A DNA stretch of 63,707 bases, counting the filler, from Choristocarpus tenellus KU-1152 (Eukaryota; Protista; Phaeophyceae), in assembly GCA_964200185.2 (NCBI GenBank). It is 9 parts of 9 records of this genome, joined end to end, with 100 filler letters (N's around TTAATTAATTAA, not from the genome) between each part and the next. Parts side by side here need not be neighbours in the genome. Positions count along the whole stretch, not along the records: positions 10,230 to 18,233 come from CAXNAD020005281.1; positions 18,334 to 27,170 come from CAXNAD020004274.1; 7 more parts are not named here. One strand, 5' to 3'. The position numbers were made by a program, and so were the translations under genes. Within the stretch, counting starts at the first letter, position 1. Each line of letters starts with the position of its first letter. The notes beneath the pieces were generated by a model that was given only the letters and a program-made list of their open reading frames with translations, made no database searches and was not told the DNA's origin. Shown here in pieces: positions 13,701 through 24,327 of this stretch.

Positions 13701-14167
13701 CCTGAAGGTTCTGGTCTTCCACCAACCCCATCTGGATGCCGTTCACTGGCCTTGAGGGACACCCGACGAGGTACCCACGGTGTTGTAACCGTTTCTGTAA
13801 CCAGGTCTGAGCGACGTAGACGAACTGGCCACTTACCCCCACGACGTTTTTTTATTGCACGGAGCAATCGTCCCTCGCCAAGGTTTAATTCGTGGAAATC
13901 GAGCTTGTCCTTGACAGGCTTGTTCCAAGTGCTGGATTGCTCAATATCTGCAAAGAACCAAACGAGACCGAGGAGAACCACAAGCACCAGGGTAGTATTG
14001 AGTAGAATCTTGGTCACACCTTTCGACTTCAAGGTGATCGATTTGCCTTCGTTTGACCCGGCATTTGGAGCAACAGAAGAAGTCCAATCCAGGCTGACAG
14101 TACCCCCATCGACAAGTGCAGATCCTATAACATCAAGAACAGAGGAAAACAGAATGGAGAACTTCAT
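10305..14167 (-). CDS. Carbohydrate sulfotransferase (Sulfotransfer_2 / CHST-like), probably a type II Golgi membrane protein; exons approx. 14167-13553, 13211-13152, 12766-12518, 10622-10305
   Basis: 5'-PSB motif VPKAGSST (13211 exon); 3'-PB motif FAFTVVREPLERGTSAF and HHVLP (12766 exon); C-terminal DYVVKLE..D and YYRKDYLCFDY (last exon); hydrophobic segment LVLVVLLGLVWFF. GT-AG boundaries are phase compatible. The first exon boundary is least certain. Confidence 0.85.
11000..11281 (+). mobile_element. CRE-like non-LTR retrotransposon fragment (RLE region) in the sulfotransferase intron
   Basis: VEVLFHVGTLSEAG and DKGLLLDVAF match ADLVFHAGALADTG and KGLLLVVTF of the element at 44420-44490; CTCGGTAAGCAAGCAGAAA matches the other CRE copies. 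Confidence 0.7.
11283..11312 (+). repeat. Interstitial telomere-like repeat (CCCTAA/CCCCAA)n
   Basis: ACCCTAACCCTAACCCCAACCCCAACCCTAA read directly. Confidence 0.85.
11430..11712. mobile_element. Diverged MITE family B copy (reverse orientation)
   Basis: GCCCTGCTTGCCCGTTCGGGGCTTG ... ATGTGTAC..TATGAAAGGTGT ... CAAAATGGCAACAT aligns to 16677-16961; termini degraded. Confidence 0.65.
12042..12283. mobile_element. MITE family B (internal deletion)
   Basis: GAGTCAAATTATCTTAGAG ... TACCCTCTTGAGGTATTTTCACTC; flanks AAA/GAA. Confidence 0.85.
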
Positions 14168-14807
14168 GGCGAAGGGTGTGATCCTCTCATAGCAACAATA
14201 TTGAGGTTGGCGGAGGTTTGTGGTTGGTCACTCCGCTGTGCTGTATTGTAAAGATAGGTGGAAAGGTACTATATCAAGGTGTAGTTGTGTTGAAGGTCAT
14301 TGGGTTGATTTGACCGAAAATAGTGTGGAGACGTAGTCTAGCCAGCATCACTACTTAGAGTACAGAAAAACATCGATGTCCAGTCACATGGGCTACCCTG
14401 CAATTCTTCCTCCAACACCCCCTCACCCTCCCTCACCGTCCCACTTAGCAGGCTTCATGTATCTAGTGTTGTTGGATCAACCAACAAAGTGATAGCAGAA
14501 CCAGGTTGAAGCCCTCCGTATCACTAGTCAATATATATATATAATATTCTTTGAATTGGTTCTAAGTTTCATTTAGAACCACTTGCTAGTTATTAGAGGA
14601 TATATAACAACACCATTTTCAGAGAACATAGAATAAATTCAGAAATTTTTCTGATCTGTAAAATATCAAAAAATAATTATAACTAAAATTCCCCTCACAA
14701 CGAAATTGGTTAGTCAACAGCGTTATAAATATACCACTGAAATACCTCCAATCACACATTAAAATATGAGTATATTATCAATAATAGTAACTGTACCAAG
14801 TAACATA

Positions 14808-15507
14808 TCAACACCTTCACAATGAAAAGTTTTGGGAGCCTCTACAAGCAAGCGGAATGTTTCCTGGATGAGCTGGCTACACACACGGTAGGGGGGAGAG
14901 GAACTGAAGGATGTGGCAGGAAAAGAGGGGTCAAATCCCGCCTAGGTCAAATAGTCTCGGTAACAACGCAGGTGGCACTGTCTACATGTGTCATGCGTTT
15001 TAAGCTGCAGTCACCAGGGAGATGCGCAAGGAGGGGTTGGTTGAATTCTTGGGATACTTCCTGGTACCCTAACCCCGTATTCACTTTATGCTTACGTCAT
15101 ATGCCCCGATCATCAGTGCCGAAAAGGAATACCACGAGCAGCTCTCATAATTTGCTGATCACCAACTCCGTCTTTGAAACAGCGGGTATGATGACCAAGT
15201 GTGACCCCCGCCATGGTAAGTACATGGCATGCTGCCTCATGTACAGTGGGGATGTTGTCCCCAAGGACGTGAACGCTGCTGTGGTTTCCCTAGCTCCTCA
15301 CCGTGGGGTGCGAGAATAGGTAAATTGGAGGCACAGGAAGGCAGTCGTACAACATAATAGATACTACTAGGGACATAACAAATGGATCAATGTTTTTCAC
15401 ATCTGTGACAAATTTTACTTCTTTAGGGATTTTTCTGACATGTGAATAGTTCTTCCTTGTTTTTTCCCCTGACACATCTATCTACAAAATGTCAGAAAGC
15501 ATAATAA
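14808..15507 (+). mobile_element. 5'-truncated CRE-like retrotransposon copy (RLE C-terminus + 3' UTR + TAA tail) interrupted by an alpha-tubulin fragment
   Basis: [33 protein letters not shown] aligns to the reverse complement of 44030-44280; the 3' end CATCTA..CAAAATGTCAGAAAGCATAATAA matches 43807-43845. Confidence 0.85.
15062..15285 (+). pseudogene. TUBA: Alpha-tubulin coding fragment (~75 codons, central region) with stops and a frameshift
   Basis: Translates [28 protein letters not shown] / [42 protein letters not shown], diagnostic of alpha-tubulin; no intron in the fragment. Confidence 0.93.
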
Positions 15508-15522
15508 GATCAAATAAATAAA

Positions 15523-16020
15523 GGGGTTTTATTACCTCAACACGTTCCTACTGAAAGGTTTTGGCCGCCTCGGTAAGCAAATGGAAAGTTTTCTGGATGA
15601 GCTAGCTACTCACACATGGTAAGGGGGAGAGGAGAGGGAGAGGAGGATACACTAGAAAAGGGGCTGTCAAATCCCGTCTACGACAGATAGTCTCTGTCAC
15701 AGCGCAAGTAGACCTATCTAGACGTGTCATGCATTATAAGCTGGAGACACCAGGGAGATGGGCAAGGAGGGGCTTGTTAGATTCTTGGGATGTTTCCGTA
15801 GGTCCTCACCCTGGTGTGCAGGACTAAGTTAGTAGGCTGGAGGCACAGGAAGGCAATGGTGTGGCATAGCTGGTAGTAAAATAGTAAATAGATTAATATC
15901 TTCCACATTTGCGACAACTGTTACTTTTTTAGGTATTATTTTTACAGTTTTATTTTGATAGTTTTCATTGGTTTTTCTTCTAACACATCTACAAAACTTC
16001 ACAAAGAATAATAATAAAAA
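15523..16020 (+). mobile_element. 5'-truncated CRE-like copy, head-to-tail with the previous copy
   Basis: Same RLE C-terminal and 3' UTR sequence; ends AGAATAATAATAAAAA. Confidence 0.85.
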
Positions 16021-16041
16021 TATAATGTAAAAAAACATTAA

Positions 16042-16330
16042 TTTTATTATTATCCCCTCGGACATTTTGTAGATGTGTCAAGGGAAAAACCAACGAAAAA
16101 CCATTCAAAAGTCATAACCCCTAAGAAAGTAGCAGTTGTCGTAAATGTGAAACACATTTTTATATTATCGGCATAATATTTTACTACCACCTATGCTACA
16201 CCGTTGGCCTCCCGTTCCTCCAACCTAGCTTAGTCCTGCACCCAAGGGAAGCATCCCAAGAATCTAACAAGCCCCTCCTTGCCCCATCTCCCTGGTTTCT
16301 CCAGCTTAAACCGCATGACACCTTTAGATT
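16042..16330 (-). mobile_element. 5'-truncated CRE-like copy, inverted (tail-to-tail)
   Basis: TTTTATTATTATCCCCTCGGACATTTTGTAGATGTGTC ... CCCAAGAATCTAACAAGCCCCTCCTTGCCC is the reverse complement of the CRE 3' end. Confidence 0.85.
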
Positions 16331-16676
16331 GCTATTACATTACACATTATTAACTAAACTTGTATCTCTAGTTTACAAATACTACTAACACTGTTATAAA
16401 CACAACACTGTAGTATATATTGTATGGTGATCATCGCATTTATAAACTATAATATATATATATATATGTATGTGATACAGAATGTTGAGGGGTCCCAAAC
16501 CGTTCTCAAGGTATTCTTCCATTTGTATAGTTAAAAAAAAATGCAAAATAGTTGATAATTACATGTCTTGAAACTCAAACATTTCACTTTATGTGTGATG
16601 TGGGACCCTTCCTCCTAAAACCTTCATGGAGTTCTTTGAACTAGGGAGCTTCAGAAAAAAATCTCACTATCATTTT

Positions 16677-16961
16677 GAGTGAAAACATCTTAGAGGGTAC
16701 GAATTTTGCCCTGCTTGTCCGTTTGGGGCTTGGCTTCCCACGTTTTTTTTTACATTTTCTTAAGTAGGAAAACTCAAAAATGTTTCCGTTCCTTGTCCAA
16801 AATGTTTTGGAGTAGGTAAAATGTGTACTTTATGAACAGGTGTATCAGGAACAACGATATTGATACTTCCTAAAAAACACGATAGCAATTACATCAAAAT
16901 TGCAACATTGGATTTTGACCCCCAAATGGACACGACTCTGCCGTCCAAGATCCTTTGACTC
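16677..16961. mobile_element. MITE family B, complete copy (reverse orientation)
   Basis: GAGTGAAAACATCTTAGAGGGTAC ... CAAGATCCTTTGACTC, flanked by TTTT/TTTT. Confidence 0.88.
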
Positions 16962-17143
16962 TTTTGCTAACATTTCTCACAAGTTAGATCGTTTTCAAAC
17001 CACAACTGACAGATATAGTTATGCCCTCTAACACTTTCGAGATGTGTCTCACGGGACGGAAAAGATCAAAGAACTCTACTCCACACTTTCCTAAACAAAC
17101 TACCTCCGTGCCATACGTCTGTGCTGTGCTGTCCATAACTTCT

Positions 17144-17322
17144 GGGTCAAAGTATCTGGGGGGGGGGGGTTCGGCATCCGTTTTTCACCCTTTTTTCGAT
17201 TTTCACTTTTTGGTGTGATTTGGTCGCACGTGTTGGATTTGAAATGTCAGCAAAAAAAATAGTTGTTTGACCGAAACGGACGTGCCCTCACACACTTCCT
17301 CCCACCCCAGATACTTTGACCC
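17144..17322. mobile_element. MITE family A2, complete copy inserted in the mariner
   Basis: TIRs GGGTCAAAGTATCTGGGG / CCCCAGATACTTTGACCC. The 4-bp duplication TTCT/TTCT is confirmed by the empty site in the paralog at 24361-24378. Confidence 0.92.
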
Positions 17323-17558
17323 TTCTGAAGATGTTGATGAAATTCCTCACTGAAAGAAGGTTTGGAATCCTTGACGAATGTCTGGTTGGGGTCAGCTCTT
17401 TTCTTTATTATTACTTCTCATCCATTACAATTTCATCAGCCACAGAAAATGCCTCCATATATACCTTTGGCGTGTTTTCAAGCTCACCAGACAACTAACT
17501 GCCTCTTCCCTACACCTGTGTGCTCCACACTGAAGTCATTCCCCCCTTTGTACCTAAG

Positions 17559-18001
17559 TGTTACAGGCAAATAGCGCGAGTATTTCTTCCCGCGCTTTAA
17601 CCAGCGTGAGCAGTATACGTGCGTGGGGAACCCCAAAAGGGGGAACTCCGATTTACCAAAAAGTTGCAGAATAAAGTCTGCAACTAGGGTAGGTGCAAAG
17701 GGTCCCAGATGGAAAGGTCGCAAAGGTTCTCAAATATATTCCAGTGTTTGTAAACCAAAGAAGCCCCAACGGAAAATGATGATAAGAGATCCTAGAAACG
17801 ACTCCAAACGGCTCAGTTCTTCTGACTAAAAGAGCCCTACTTATTCAGTTCTCTCTTAACTGATACCAATACACATTTCTCTTGTACTAATTGATTCCTT
17901 TGAGAGTACCCCCTGTTCTGCTGAGCTGACGTTCGATAATCTTTGAATTGGACTTGACTTGTACATCCTGGGAAGGTGAGCATTGAGGGGCACCTGCAAC
18001 A
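17559..18001. mobile_element. Probable solo LTR (or TGT..ACA non-autonomous DNA element) inserted in the mariner
   Basis: 443-bp insert absent from the paralog at 24590-24605; termini TGTTACAGG / CCTGCAACA (inverted); flanks TAAG/CAAG. Confidence 0.7.
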
Positions 18002-18333
18002 CAAGTACTTGATTGTACACCATAAAAAGGAGCTGCCAAGCCCTCTCAAGTGTGGTTTAACCATATTCCTCATACTGTTTCTTAATGACCTTCACCATCT
18101 CCTCAACAGACCCAAACCACTCCCCCATCCCCAGGCATTTCAAAGACCTGAAGAAGCACAGGCCCATTATATTGATGTCGGGGGAGTTAGGTGACTGCTC
18201 ACAAGCCTAATCGACCACCCCTCAGTCTTCCCTNNNNNNNNNNNNNNNNNNNNNNNNNNNNNNNNNNNNNNNNNNNNTTAATTAATTAANNNNNNNNNNN
18301 NNNNNNNNNNNNNNNNNNNNNNNNNNNNNNNNN

Positions 18334-18365
18334 CAGCCGCCACCCCCTCCCAGATACTTTGAGCC
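18334..18365. mobile_element. MITE A1 terminus at contig start
   Basis: CCCCCTCCCAGATACTTTGAGCC. Confidence 0.8.
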
Positions 18366-21300
18366 ATGACAAATGATGGTGGAGTAGGAGGCAGCGAAGG
18401 TGAGATCTGATTCAAAGGGGGCAGACTCAGTAGCTGTAGTGACTAGGGCAGGGGTGGTGTGGAGAGGTTGGCATGGAGATGTGTGGAGGAGTGTGGATGA
18501 GGGCCTTCTGATTGTGGCATGTAAACGAACAACACCAACATACGAGATGGCAGTTTGATATGGTTACATTAGCAACCTTCTCATGAGCTATACGTCCGAA
18601 CTCCTTTGAGAGGAATATAACTTTACATTATTGATGATATTTATGGTACATTTTCCGATCTAAGCATCTCTTCGCACTGACTGGCCCTCCTCGACTCTGT
18701 ATCATACTCATACCCTATTACCACCACCCACGGTAATGGCCATTTACAGATCATCTTGGAGAGATTGGTTTGAGAATGGATGGAGATGAAGATGAAGTTT
18801 TGGTTGGAACCTGGTCATGGACTGGACTAAGACATTGCAACCAAGAACTAACCGAGCGGAGGGGAAAGGTCCAATACAGCAAACTATCCATGGGGCAGTG
18901 TCAGCTGGCTTAGGAAGGTGGCAGGTACGATTGACTCAATGAACAAGAAGGTGGACATTTATCGCAGGGTCTCTCTCTGGACAACTCCAGTTGCCAACAC
19001 TACGCCCACACCAATTGAACATAAAGACAAAATATCGCTGCTCGTGAATTTGGTCATAATATATTGAGATATTACCAATGGATTCATTCATGAAATTTTA
19101 TATTGTGACATAGAGTTGGGTTGAACAAAATTCACGAGAGTATATAATTTTTTCTCAAAGGTTGTCTTCCCGAATTTCTTGGGATATACAGTGTGTAGGG
19201 TTCTGAGTACCAAATAAATAGGATGTAAGTGGTATTTCGAGTTTTGAATGGGAGGAAAAATAAGCAAAATGTCACAAGAAACCTCATGAACCATGATGAA
19301 GTCACTTTGATGAACTATGTCCTATCATTCAACGGCTTTGCACAGACGTGGGAAATGGCTGTGCCCATCGAACCATCAGTTAAGTCTCCATACACTCACA
19401 ATCCCAACCTCACCCGAACCCAAATACATACTTCAACACTTATCTCTTCTGGGATCACCTGAAGGTCGTGGAGGAGATGGTGGACTCGTCTCAGAAATCT
19501 AGGGTGATGTCCTCATCACCACAGGCCCCTACCCTGTACAATCCATCGTTTAAGATACTGGATGGCGGTGTCTATTGCTGCGGATGGGAACAACAAGAGT
19601 GGTCGCCAAGCAGAGCTGCTACTGGCCATGACAATTATCGCAGTGACGGAAGTGATGGAAGGAGGGGTAGTAGGCTTGGAGATATTTGTGTTGATAGTAG
19701 GCAATGGAGTTGTAGTGATGAAAGTCAAAATTGGAGTGGCATTCACAACTACCAGTATTTCTAGAAGATTGAGCCATAGGGTCCACTGCCGGAAAGGGGG
19801 TGTAAGGAGAATCAAAGGACCAGGCATGGCTTACAATAATGTAGAACGGATAATACTTTGATTCATCACTTGTCACGGGACACTGAAGGTTTTATGGAAA
19901 AGGGTAGATGGGAAATGTTGGGGAAATGTGATGATATCTTGATAGTATGCCATTCCGTGGGAAGAAGGCATAGTATGTTGTTTTGGTGGGGGACAAAGTC
20001 AAATCGGCTTGCTGCAACAAAAAGGTTCTCGCCATGTGCAAAGAGGAAAGGTTGTGGTTTTGTGTGTTAAATATGCTGTAGGTTTACGAACGAATGAAAG
20101 ATGGTATTTGGAATGATTTTCTGTAGGTGATGCACGATAGGTCTATGAAGCAACGGGTCTGCAAGGTACCTTGTTGTTCCCTACGCATGTGGCGATATAC
20201 TAGAGATATGTGAAGTGGGAAAACAGGTTTGTAGTCACACTTTGTTTTGGTCCAATTAGGCAGCGATTGGAACTTATTGGAGACTCAGGGGTTGAAATCT
20301 GAGACCCTGGGTCACCATGGGTAATATGCGGAGTTGAGCAGGTACAAGGATACCTGTAACTTGGGATGGAAGTGGGACACATAGAGATGACGGTGTTTTT
20401 CCTGCACTATATGAGTCACCAGAAATGAAGTAATCACAGAGTCCATACAGCTTCCACTGGATTTTGAAGGTGGAAATGTAGGGATAGAGCAGACCAAGAA
20501 GGTTGCACCCCGCAGCTATATGTGTATATATATTGTGCTGCTGTGTTCTGGCCCTCTAGGGAAAATACATGAGGGTTGGACTACTTGTACGGTGCTTATC
20601 GCTAAGTGATACAGTGCGTATGAGAATGCTTACGATTGATTTAGAGTTTTTCTGCCTGCACTCTGCTCCTCAATGTTTCTCTTTGCCAGACTGGGGGTAG
20701 GATTCTTCTCCAAGAAGCACATATTAACATTGCTTGATAAGAAGCAAATGGATAGAACCTCATCACCCTAGGATGGCGATATTATGCTTCGAAACATGTT
20801 TAACTTCTTAAGTGTTTCATTTATTCCTGTATTCCTCCATCGTATCACTGTCTATCTGGGAGTGGTGTTGCTGTACTGATAATAGGATGTTGTGAGTGGT
20901 GATGTCTTTTCATTCGAGTGTTTGTTGTTTGGTGGTGATTTTCCATGCACCGTCTACATACAGGAGCTGGTGTGAAAAGTAACTCTTGACGTATGAGGTT
21001 GCTATTATACTAATATATAGAAGCCTGAAGCTCAACTACACTGGTCTGCTGTTGTCCTACTCAAAGGGAGAACAACAATTCTTGTGTACTGGTGCGTGTG
21101 TTTTGTGTTTTCTAATGATTCATGGAGGGCAAATTTTCCTGGATAAGTCGCAGTTGACCGGTACGGCAGAAAGTGTCCAAACAAATACCATAGATTGGGC
21201 TGAGGTACTACATAGTAACATGAGACAACCACTACAAATTGCATTTGTAGTGGTTATCAGGGTTGATAGTGACTCACTCCTTCATCGAGCAGAGACTTAT

Positions 21301-23426
21301 CGGTAACCATTTGGTTTGTTGTCTACGAAGTATTGTTCTTGTTATGGAATCTGTGATGGTGATGGTGAAGTTGTGTGCGCTAACAAGACCCTGGTCACCC
21401 CTCCAACTATTCGGAACACGATTATTATCAAGCTATTGTGTACCCAATAAGTATGGCCTTGCGTAAATGATAACAATGCCCTTAGAATATAGTAGTTGTA
21501 TGGTTAGTGCTTTAAGCCATACATATATCATCACAGCGTTGTTGGTTATAAGCAGTTTGAGCCCTCTTGTTGTGTTTGTTGTGTTCTTTCTCCCACCTGA
21601 CAGTTTGCTCATGTTGTCTGTGGGCATAAAGTATCATTAAGAGTTAAATCAATAATGTTAAGGACACGACACTATGAATAAACGTTGTGTTTAGCACTGT
21701 AATGTATTTAATGACTTCAAAACAAAGTACAGTAATACTTTGTGAGACTAAAACATACCACATTAAGCAACAACGGTAGATGTTACGTCTGTATCTCTCG
21801 ATCGACTCGAAAACGTAATATTTGAGTAGGTGTGTCTGTCATGCCTGTAACTCTTCAGTCCAAAGCAGACAAATTATAACACTTGAGTATGTAAAGTATA
21901 CGGAGTAGTATATGTTTTCACCCTTAACAATCTCTATCCAGTCAGTCACTAGCGCATGCATACTCTACGTTCCTAACATATACTCCGAGTACAATAAGTT
22001 CTTGTCGTGTCCATAATATTCAACACTAACTTCCTGTTTCACTGGTTGGGGTGGAAAACGTTTTTGAGTTTCCCATGCTAGCACACCAGAGGGCACGCAC
22101 AAAAACGCATGTGAATCATCATGCGGTGGTCTCTTCTTTGTCATAATCACCGCTCAAAATAACAGTGGTCCGCTCTTGGTCTACTTCAGAAAAAGAAAAT
22201 CTTGTGCATCCCTTAGGTATGTCTTCCTCCCACTCCGCCCTGCCTAGTGTGTTCATAGGTCTTTCATGCTTTAAAGCAAACAACGAATGATCAACTCTCG
22301 CATGAGCAAAGCAAAATAGCAAGACAGGATAAAATGTCAGAATTTGCAAAAGGAAAGAAGAGAATCCTCTACCTCAACAACATAAACTCGATCCTCGAAA
22401 ATGTAAATGAACCTGAGTAAGATTACAACAAGGGGGTGGGTTAACCTCTCTTATCAGAGTGTGGATACAACCTCGTAAGAGTGTGGTAACTTGAAATTCC
22501 ATGAACCCTACCTTGTCGAACCAATAGACACATGGAATGGGGAATGTGGCGTATTGGAGATCAATGATCAGCATGTAATATAAATAGGGTGGACTCCGAT
22601 GTTATGTAGCTCCTCGACCTCCCGCACAGCACCTGCTCGAAGGTAGATGCACAACAGACTGCCCAGGATGCCAAGAAGGCATCAGGTGATTATTAGAAGA
22701 TTAGAGGAATCCAGTCACACCTTGCATCAAAATTGTGTGGGGAACCATGCAGCAAGTGTACCCACAATGTTTGGCATTCTGCTATATTGCATTATTTTCC
22801 TCATATATGTGCAGGGATGAATTCGTCTGCTTAGTAATTGGTGCAGTGTGCTTGAATACGTGCTACTCACTATATGATGAATGGCTTGCCCATGTTGGCC
22901 CTCCTCCACTTGACCCACTTAGTTGAGAGATCGGTGGCCCAGCAACAAAGAGAAATGATTGGGAAGAATGAGAAAAAGGTTGGGGTAGTTCCACAGGAAT
23001 ACTGGAGGGTAATCCAGTCATGGATCCCAAATATGATAAGCCGGTCGGACCAATGATTGTTAATAGTACATGGAAGGGAGAGTGGGTGGCTCCCTCAACA
23101 GGGTGGGTGTTTCTCCAAACAAGGGGGACGGTTCCTCGAGTGGGGGTGGTTCACTCGTACATGCAAAGGACTACAAAAACATTGGTTGGCGAAAAATTGA
23201 TAAAACCCACCATTAACGTCCAGAAGAGATCTTGAAAATACCTCTTCCTCGGGTACGCCTGTGATGATGAGGTTGAAGAGGTATTGCAAGATTTTTCTAC
23301 GAAAAATTTAACTTGGAAGAACCCCCACTTCCTTTCAAGTTCAAGTGCGGGAGAGAGAAGCAAAGTATATCAGCCATGTCAAATAACTCATAGGAAGCAC
23401 CGATTAGCATACATAAATAAAGGAAT

Positions 23427-23682
23427 GAGCCAAACCAATCGAGAGGTTAGGCAGGGTTGCACTTTATTATGGATCATGAGAAAGGACAAAATGACTCCAT
23501 TTTGTGATTGTAGAAATAACCTTTGCTTAATTTTGGTGTCGCTTGTTTGAACGGGGAATATCAATTGTGCGTGAAATATGGTGCACATGAAGCTATGAAA
23601 TAGAGTGTATTGTGAAGGGTAAGAAGGATAGCTTAGAATGGGAAAGTTTACAAACCTTCCTACCTCTCGATCGGTTTGACTC
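23427..23682. mobile_element. MITE-like element with ~33-bp TIRs (family E)
   Basis: GAGCCAAACCAATCGAGAGGTTAGGCAGGGTTG is an imperfect inverted repeat of CAAACCTTCCTACCTCTCGATCGGTTTGACTC; no clean TSD. Confidence 0.65.
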
Positions 23683-24057
23683 AAACCTCACTGTGTTACC
23701 AATAACCCTTGGAGCGTTTTCGCCTCTAGAAGATTCCTGGTCGAAGACACTCTCCTGTTTCATGTCTAGTGCTAGTAGAGTGCAATAATTTCACACTTTG
23801 CAATATTTCCAACAAATGAGAGTAGGATATGCCTCCTTCGGTCATTGTGAAATCTTCTTTCTTACAACATTGAAAGAGGGTAAGGGATATTTTATAAATA
23901 TTGAGTAACATTATTATCTTATTATCATTATCGTTCTACATATATCATAACTCATACTGCTACTATTACAAAAAAAAAATGTACTATTATTCATATTGTT
24001 ACTAATATTTACTATAGTAGTATATTTTAACTATTCTTTGTACTAGTATTACAGACA

Positions 24058-24115
24058 CTTTTTTTTATTATGCCCTCTGACATTTGCAGATTTGTAATGG
24101 GAAAAACATTATCAA
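24058..24115 (-). mobile_element. Very short CRE-like 3'-end fragment (similar pieces at ~17018-17050 and ~62972-63085)
   Basis: TTATTATGCCCTCTGACATTTGCAGAT matches the CRE terminus at 43807-43845. Confidence 0.7.
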
Positions 24116-24327
24116 TACTGTCGTCAACAAATCTGGGGACTATCCCAACCCATAGTCAGAACCACTTTACACTGTGCATCACAAACAGGCTATTACTTAT
24201 TCGTGTCTTTCTCCCTTTATTAAAGGGAAGGGAGTCGGAAGAATATGTGGCTAAGGGGAAGAGGGAACATGTATTCATAATGACCACTTATACTCTTTAA
24301 TCTAATTTGTCCCTCTTCTATTTTGTA

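Larger units (their letters stand above)
17100..18233 (-). mobile_element. Second, interrupted copy of the plant-mariner-like element (3' part), cut by the contig end
   Basis: TIR CTACCTCCGTGCCATA at 17100; 17323-17558 and 18002-18233 align to 24368-24835; encodes PNSPDIN and YKGGNDFSVEHTGV. Confidence 0.85.

Noticed and set aside
14822-15319. 165-aa ORF as a functional tubulin or fusion gene
   Set aside because: The tubulin part is a short internal fragment with stops and a frameshift, and the N-terminal half is a truncated retrotransposon end; reported as a capture event instead.
18400-23400. Coding-like stretches in contig 3
   Set aside because: All frames are broken and no recognisable motif was found; probably old TE debris but not assignable by eye.
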